Positions 52,301 to 61,300 of a stretch of 64,000 nucleotides of DNA are shown here, one piece after another (position 1 is the stretch's first letter; each line of letters begins with the position of its first letter). Source of the stretch: Octopus vulgaris (lineage: Eukaryota); assembly GCA_951406725.2 (NCBI GenBank), contig OX597815.1:36022001-36086000 (forward strand). Direction: 5' to 3'. The position numbers and the translations under genes were made by a program. Under the pieces are notes generated by a model. It saw only the letters and a program-made list of their open reading frames with translations. It ran no database searches and was not told the DNA's origin.

Positions 52301-55300
52301 TGATGCCTAGGTCAGTGTTGTGGAGGGAGTATGTGAACGCAGGGTTTTTTCTCCCAAAATGCATGGTGGTACACTTGTCCACAGCCAGTTTCAGTTGCCA
52401 GTCTGTGATCCATTGCTGCATTGTGTCTAGGTCTGATTGCAGGAAAGAGTTGTAGACATCAGGATCTGTCCTCTTGATTTCAAGGTACAGCTTGATGTCG
52501 TCTGCATATTTCAATACTGTGGCATTCCTTAAATTGGCATCTATGTCGTTAATGTATGCCACAAACAAGAGGGGGCCAAGGACAGATCCCTGTGGTACAC
52601 CCGATGACATCTCATATGGTGTAGAGTGCTGTCCTAGAACTGTGACTACCTCCTTTCGGCTGAGGATGAAGGATTTCAACCAGTTAAAAAGGTCATCCCC
52701 ACCCATTGCAGAGAGTTTCACCATAAGCCTTTTGTGTGGCACAGAGTTGAAAGCCTTAGCAAAGTCAAGGTAGACAACATCCACCCATGAGCCACTGTCA
52801 GTAATCTGAGTAATGTCCTCAAGGAACTCGACAAGCTGGTCACTGCAGCTGGAGTTAGGGACAAATCCATATTGTGAGGGTCGGATGAGACTGTGAGAGC
52901 TCCAGAAGTTCCAGAGTGTTTCTCTGACACACGATTCCATCAGTTTTGCAATACAGCTAGTGAGACTGACTGGGCGATAGTTGACAGGTGATGTGCGGTC
53001 GCCCTTTTTGAACAGAGGAATGACACTGGCAGTTTTCCACTGCTCCGGAGTAGCACCATTGTTGAGACAGTACTGGAAGAAAATAGAAAGCTGGTGTAAA
53101 AGGAAGTGCCTGCCACGTTTGAGAAGCAGGTATGTAACTCCATCGAGACCAGGGGAGGCATAGTTGCGCTTATTTTGAAGGTGACGTCGCAGCATTGCAG
53201 GTGTAAATTCCATAGTTGTTATGGAGTTTGCTGTTAGTGATGGTGAAGATGGTACATTTTGACTTTCAACAGTGAATATGTTTGCATAGCACTCGGCAAT
53301 GAGTTCTGCGCATTCCTTGGGGTCGTCAGTGATCTGGTTTGTGTGAGGGTTGCGAAGAGGGCCCACTGGAGAGTGAGGTCTCTGCTTTGAGTGCACATAT
53401 TTCCAGAAAACCTTGCTGTCAGGATTGGCTGCTATGCACTGTTCAAATTCAAGCACTGCTTTTTTGTCACTTGCTTGAGATGGTTGGAGGATTTATTCCG
53501 CTTCTTCCTGTTGGTGTCTGATTTATGCAACCTGTATTCCCGTTCAGCAGTCCGACGTTCCCTCCTGGCAAGTCGGACCGCTGAAGTTTCCCAAATTGCC
53601 CTTTTGGGGCGGTTCTTCTTTTTTTGTTTACGTGGCACTGATGCTGCACATGCTGCCCATATTGAGTCCAGGATACTCTGGAGTATAGTATTCACATCTC
53701 CAGAGTTGTAGAATTCACGCCAGTTTGGGTGCTGTAGTTCAGTGTGGTACAGGTTCCAATCTGCTCTCTTCCAATCGAAGGAAGCAGATTGGAGATGGTT
53801 CAGGTTTTTGTTGCCCGCAAGAGCCAGATTGGCGATGATCATAGCATGATCAGAGTCACCTAGAGGTTCCTCCGTAGTGCAATTGATTACTTATGCATTC
53901 TTCCATTATTGTACAACGCTAATGCTTTGAGTAAAATGTATCACTGCCACAAACACCTAAATTAAGATTTTTATATGCATATGCTGAAATTTTCAAAAGC
54001 CTTCCTGATAGTGAGTAAAATACATTTCTCAGTGTTACACAAGCATTAATGATTCAGCTGCTCTATATCAGAAAGACTGCTTTCATTTTACCTAAATCAA
54101 TCTAGGCAACAACACTGCCCAGGTAAAATAATAAGTATTCACAGTTCTTTAATTATAATGCCTTATTTATTTAGTACTTCTGAGTCTTCATCCAGTGACC
54201 TATCAGTATTTCAATATAAATTTCAGTGATAGAAACAACCAAATTCTTACTTGTGACTCCGCAAAAGTCGAATCAATGCCTTGCCAACAATTCCAACCTC
54301 AGCTTTTGGAGCACAGTGGAAATAAAGCTGAGCAACTGACATTACAACCTGTTGAAATATATAAACAGAAGAGATTGCATGAATAATACTTTCCTTCTTT
54401 GGAACAAGAGGGAAGAAATATAGTTAACAACATCCAACAGGAAGCAGTATAATTACTGGTATGTAATCTATTGATTTCTGAAAACAGAATAATGGCTGTC
54501 ACCACCCAAGTTTCATGAGAACACGAAATCTCACCAAGTCTGGTCTTTAATCTTCTGGTGCAGGCATAGCTGCATAGTTGATAAAACCATTAGTCTAAAC
54601 AATGTCAAAACAGACATTGGAGTTTGATGCAGTCCTCTAGCTTGTCAGATCCTGTTAAACCATCCAACCAATGTCATTGTGGGAGATGGATGTTAACCCT
54701 TTCGTTACTGTATTTATTTTGAGATGTTCTGTGTTTATTTCACTTAATTTTAAATATAACAAAGAATTTAGTAAAATAACATAATTATCATTAAGCTTGT
54801 GTTAGGAACATAAATTGTGACTAAGGTTTGGTGGAAGATTTTAATTCAGAACTTATGAAAACAAGACATTTGTACTATGAAGCCAAAGCTGGTTTCGGCC
54901 AGGTTGGTAACGAAAGGGTTAAATGACAACAATGATGAAATTGTGTGTGTGTGTGAACACACATAGAAGAATATATACACACTAATATAAATACACATAC
55001 ACATTTATATTTATCAGTATGTATATATGCATCCGTATATGCATTTCTTTTACCACAGATTAATATGCTGAAAAGTATATTGAGGTGTGGCTGATGTCTG
55101 ATGTATGAGTAAAATTCTTGAAAGTTCAAATGCTTTCCATCATGTTTTTGTGACCTTGTTGACTTCATGTAGAAGTTTATTGTTGCTGAACACAATCTCT
55201 TGTCCCCCGTTTAATCATCTGTGTAATTATTTTCATAAAAAATTATTTTATACCATTTGCTTATGTCATTTTGTTTTTACTTTATCTGTTATCTTAACTT

Positions 55301-58300
55301 TTTCTTTTTTTCATCTTGTTATTTTGTTTAAATTTGCAAAAATTTAGATGAAAAAAATGTCAACTACAATAATTTTGTTGTCATCCTGATCCTCCTGAGA
55401 TGAAAAAAGTTACTGTTGCTAGCTTGTGATACAATAAAGATGTGAAAGAAAAGATAAAATACTCATTAAAAGAGTAACCTACCGCAGCATTCCTACTATT
55501 GAGCAAGGGCTTAGTTTGCCGTAGCAACAGGCGGTGATCTGAATCCATGCTGTACACTTTCTTCACAGATTTACTATCTTCTTTTTCCTCTTCTTTATCA
55601 GAATCATCATAAAAATGCTGTTCAGATTCATCATTTGTTTCCTGGTCAGACAAGAAAATATTTATTCAAGTAAAATGTAGTTCCTAAACATATCTTCTAA
55701 CAAAGGAATGTTTAATAATTCATTATTACAAAGTAGTGCATTTCTTTAGATAAATATTGATTGAACAGAAGTAAATCTCAGCTGTTCTATCATGGTCATT
55801 GCCAGTGCCACAGGACTGGCTCCTGTGCACATAAAAAGCACCATTTGAACATGACCGATGCCAGTACCACCTGACTGGCCCTCGTGCCAGTAGCACATAA
55901 AAACACCCACTACACTCTCAGAGTGGTTGACATTAGGAAGGGCATCCAGCTGTAGAAACATTGCCAGATCAGATTGGAGCCTGGTGCAGCCTTCTGGTTC
56001 GCCAGCCCTCAGTCAAACCGTCCAACCCATGCCAGCATGGAAAGCAGACATTAAACGATGATGATGATGATTTTAGTCCAAAATTAATTATTAAGTGTTA
56101 TTAAGAAATAAAGTGTTTCTGTATATTTCAAATTATTTTTTAATTATTTAGAAATGCATTTATGAACTCTTATTGTCTTCCTTATTAACAATTTATCAGC
56201 TATTTTTATCATCTATAATATTTGCATGAAAGTTTCTGTTTCTTATATTCCATTCCAGAAGTTTACTAAAAATATTTGAACCACTTAGCTAGCTTGATAT
56301 CAACCTTAATAAAAATGATGAATTTTCAAAGTTATTTTGATTAAAAGCATTTGTTCAGGAGCTAAGATACTATAGCAGTTGCTCAGTATGTAATTAATTG
56401 TTATAGCAAACAAGATGTTCATACGTTATAAAACAGGCACCTACTTCAGTAACATCAACTTTTCCTCTCAGATACCTGTGTTTAGAATTCTATTTATCTA
56501 ATTAGCAAGCACAAATAATGAAGGTAATTATAAAAATGTGAAATCTTTGTAATAGCCAAAAATAAAATAAACTGAAATGAAATTGATAAAAAAACAAAAA
56601 AAATCATACTTACAGTTTGATTTGGATTAGTAAACTGTGTCCGACAATATCGTGTCAGCATGTTGATGATGACAACCTGGCCCCATTCTTCAACATCTAC
56701 CAGCAGATTACAAAGTTTTCGATAGTTCTTGTGTATCAAGTCTATCCTTTCTGGGCAAACTTCCTCAAAGGCTTGAATAGCACTTCCAGCAACAAGCTGA
56801 AAAAATAACATGAAAAAAAATTTAATCAATAAACAGTATGATGTCTAAAATAATATCTATTTTTTAAAACAATACATGATGTCCTTCGTCAATGAAGATG
56901 CAAAATTCAGTGAAATAAAATATAGATGCACTCTGCTGGTAAATGAACCAGAAACAATAAAACTTATACTGAATCAGATAAAAGCCAATAACTCACTGTG
57001 GTCTTATCAGCCAAGAGTTTCTCAATAACTTCAATCAGTTGGTCTTTCTGTTCTGGATCCAAACTGTTAACAGAGTAGATGTTGTGATATATAAAGATAT
57101 TAAAAACTAAGAAGAAATTTCAGTGACTCAATTAATACTAACAAGAACATTTGTTAATCCTTTGATTATTAATCAGGCTTTTTGTACTTAAAATTTTTTA
57201 TTTCAAATAAAAATGAAAAATCTTGCTTGCTCACCTGTAGAGTTTAGGAATAGCATGTGCTGCAGTCTTGCGCACATAAGGTGACATATCCATTACAGCC
57301 TCTTTAATAGCTAACATCATAATGGGAACAATAACTGTAACACGGATACTAGATAAGACACGTAAAGCACTGGCTCGGATTAGCTGGTTAGGGTCCTGAA
57401 ATTAAAGAAGCCATCATTAAGCAACTATAAATCAAATGTTTATTTTAATGTTATTGTTTTTCTTCCTTTCTATGAAGGCTAAAGGAGTGAACTACTAATC
57501 ACAAAGTCAACTGTACAAAATATCCTACACACTGCCATGTTAAGATACATAAGATACATACTTGTGTGAAAACATTTACTCACCTAAATCATATGCTAAC
57601 CATCATATTAGCTGTTTTACATTTTATAAGATAGTCAGAGGCACAGGGACAGTCCCCATAACCTTGCAAACCCTCCCAAGCTGAAAAAGAGTCTTATGAA
57701 CAATGCTAACTTGTTTAAATTCATGAACAAACTTTCACAAATACACTAAACTACAACCCATCTGACATGCTATGTCCCATCTCTGTCTATTCCTTCATTA
57801 CTACAATGGATCTTGCACCTTTGGACCAGTAAAGCTTTGTGAAACTCCAGTTCTTCCCATTGTACCCGCTGTTTTACTCTTCAAACATTTCACTCAATCC
57901 TGCATCTCTATGTCACCCTCTGAAACCTGTCCCTATTAAACTGACTCTACAGTCATCAACTTACAGAAATTCATCTTTGAATTAGAAATTACTTTAAAAA
58001 TGATAAATCCCCTCGACTATCGTGGGCGTTATGTTCCAAAGCCCCCCGCGATAGGTGAAAATCCACAAAGTAGAAACAGTACTGTATATTTCGTTTTCAT
58101 TACCTTTATAATTTGTATATATTTATTTTATTATAAATGCAAAACACCACCACAGAGGAATCATGGTAAGCTTAATAAACCACGACAGGTGAACCACAAT
58201 ATAGCGAGGGATTACTGTAATTCAAAAAACTATAAACAGTATAATATATATCAGGTAAGCTAAATTTATAAATTACATCCATCCAAATAACTCATTTCTG

Positions 58301-61300
58301 TTGTCTCATCAACCAGATTCTATACTTAACCTTCTCCAATCATTCTTTCTAGAAATTCATCCCTCTGGAATACTGGATTCCCAATAAATGATCCTTCAAA
58401 TGACTAATAATTCAAGCTGAAAATTTGCAACACTAACTTCACTCAGTAACACTTCCTTCTCGGTATGAAAATCCCTGAAAGGCTATGGGCATTGACCCTA
58501 TACTAATGACAGCAAAATTTAGTTTTTACCTTCAGGGCTCTTTGGAACGTACTTATTGACAACAATGCCAGATCTTGTTGTTCTTCTGCATAACGGGTTA
58601 AATACACATAGACAAGTTTCTTCACCTTGAAAAAATAACATACATATATATATATATGAACAAAATTTAGTATGATTTATTTGAAGAAATATCTATTTTC
58701 ATTTGTAACTTCTGTTTTTTACTTTTTCAAAGCATACTTGAGAACAAGAATACCTTACTTTATGGAAGTAATGCATTCATGAAATTAATTTTCCCATTGA
58801 TTTTCATATTATCAAGTGTTATTGTGTTCTTACAGGTATTTAAAAAATAAAAGCACAAGAAAACAACAAAGAACAAGCAACACAAACACCTTTATACATA
58901 AAAAAGCCCTTAGATTTTCAGAATGATATACATGTAAGGGCTTTGAGTTAATACCACCTGTGGTATTTTCTTTCAAAAGAATGTGTCAGATGGTTTTTAG
59001 AAGCTTTAAATCTTGATGGTGATTACTCTTCTCAAGAAATAAAAGATTTAGCAAACATACTCTTCAACAAAAGTGCAGTCTCATCAACATTGCCCAAGAT
59101 AATTAGTAGCTGTCTCTGTATCAGCACTTGCAGTTTCAACAGTCATTTTTTTTATTATGCAAATTTATGCACTTCTTAAACCTTTCAAACTCATCATTAC
59201 AAGCCAAAAAGGATTTTTCATTATAAGTTTCACCTTCATTTTTTTGGCAAATCATCAGATAAACTTTTGGCTCTTTTTTTTTTTAATTACCATCATATTT
59301 ATTGGTATATTATGTCAATTCTGACCCTTGATCTATACACTCAAGAATTGTTCCATATTAAGCATTACTTAATTACTTAAAGTACTACTTTGGCTTACAT
59401 GCCGGTGGCACGTAAAAGGCAGCCAGAGCAGCTAACTGGCTTACGTGCAGGTGGCACATAAAAGGCACCATTCGAGCGTGATCGTTACCAGCGTCGCCTT
59501 ACTGGCACCTGTGCAGGTGGCACATATAAAGCACCATTTGAGCATGGTCGTTGCCAGTACCGCCTGACTGGCCCTCATACCGGTGGCACATAAAAGCACC
59601 CACTACACTCTTGGAGTGGTTGGCGTTAGGAAGAGCATCCAGCTGTAGAAACTCTGCCAGATCAAGATTGGAGCCTGGTGCAGCCATCTGGTTTGCCAGC
59701 CCTCAGTCAAAATCGTCCAACCCATGCTAGCATGGAAAGTGGACGTTAAACGATGATGATGGTGACTACTTTAAGAACTATGGAAAAATATGGTCCAGAC
59801 AGTTAAGTGGCTTCCTGAACACTTGGCAGAATTTTCTCTGTTGTCATGTATTGTTCCTACTGTAGACATCGTAAGGTTTAATGTTTTAGCAATAGAAGTT
59901 TTATTTCTGCATCAAGCAATTTTAAAACATCAAGTTTAATATCTAAAGTAACCCCCTCCCTTCTCAGATAAACTAATGAAAAAACAGTATGTTTATTAGC
60001 TCTGTTTGCCATATTGGCAAAAATACTCTTAGTTGTATAAACCAGTTACAAATATTTTATATATAGATATATATATAGGGAGAGTTTATAAAAAAAAAAA
60101 AAAAAAAAAAGACGAAAACAGGTGGTGTACAAAACAAACAGATGTATTAGTATAATGCTCAGGAATAGAAAAAGTCTTTTATGTTTCGAGCCTACGCTCT
60201 TCTACAGAAAGGGACACAGAAAGGAGAGAAACAAGGGAGAGAAAAAAATGTGTGTAGTGGCTAATGATCTATCATGGCGTCTCCATGATATATATATATA
60301 TCTTCAAAACTTGAAGAGTATGTCTTTCCACACTGCTAACTATTGTAACATTAGAACAAAATTTTATTTATTTATTTATTTATTTATTTATTCATTCATT
60401 CATTTTTACTCATTTGACTCTTCTGATGAAAAAGATAAAAATGTCATGCATACCATAGAAATTCATTGTCACTCAATTGTCACTGATACCATGTGACAAC
60501 TGCTTCCTTGCCTAAACATATCATGCCAGATGTGAAGATGTAGAAGAATAAGTACATGAAGCTAGTAATTAATTAGCAAAGTATAAATTGCTGTCATGTG
60601 CTATGATTATAAATACAGTCTGATGTTTTCTGCAAGTTTTTCATTGTATGAAAATTACACAAAGGTTTCAGCTTGTTCTAATGTACAAGCTATTTATTTT
60701 TGATGGGATACTCTCAACCACCCCACCACCACCAAACCCACAAATATTTTCTATTATTTGGTTGAGCCCACTTGGTAACTAAGCTTCTCCTGCTATGGAT
60801 ACAACGTCATTTTTAGGATACCACTATAAAAAAATCTCTCTAGCCTCATTTACCTACAGAACAAAGCAACCTTTGTACCCAGCAGACTTATTCAGACAAT
60901 GTGGACTTCTTGATAGCTAAATCCAATCCACAAATAGAAAACTTGACAAAATAGAACATAAGAGCAAGATATGGACTCTGCAAGCTCCATTGGATGTTAT
61001 CCATCTAAAAAGAAATAACTTCAGCTATGAACTATGACATGATAGAAGTACTGTAAGACATACACAATCGCAAGGTTGACTGGTTTTTCTCTGTTGCTAT
61101 ATATATGCACAATAACATAAATTGTGACAGCCCATCCAACCCAAGCCAGCATAGGAAAACAAATGTAACACGATGATGGTGGTGTGAGTGTGTGTGTGTG
61201 TAATTGTTTGTGAATAAATAGGATTAGTTTAAACATAATTAAGGATTTTGTACAATCAACTTCACAACTAGCCATAGCTGTCAAATTATAACAGACACTA

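Noticed and set aside
51901-53711. Plus-strand ORFs overlapping the LINE
   Set aside because: Antisense shadows of the more GC-rich RT coding sequence.
54299-54505. ORF MVTAIILF.. as a candidate AP3B exon
   Set aside because: Wrong frame and boundaries; the true exon is 54251-54348 (VVMSVAQLY..).
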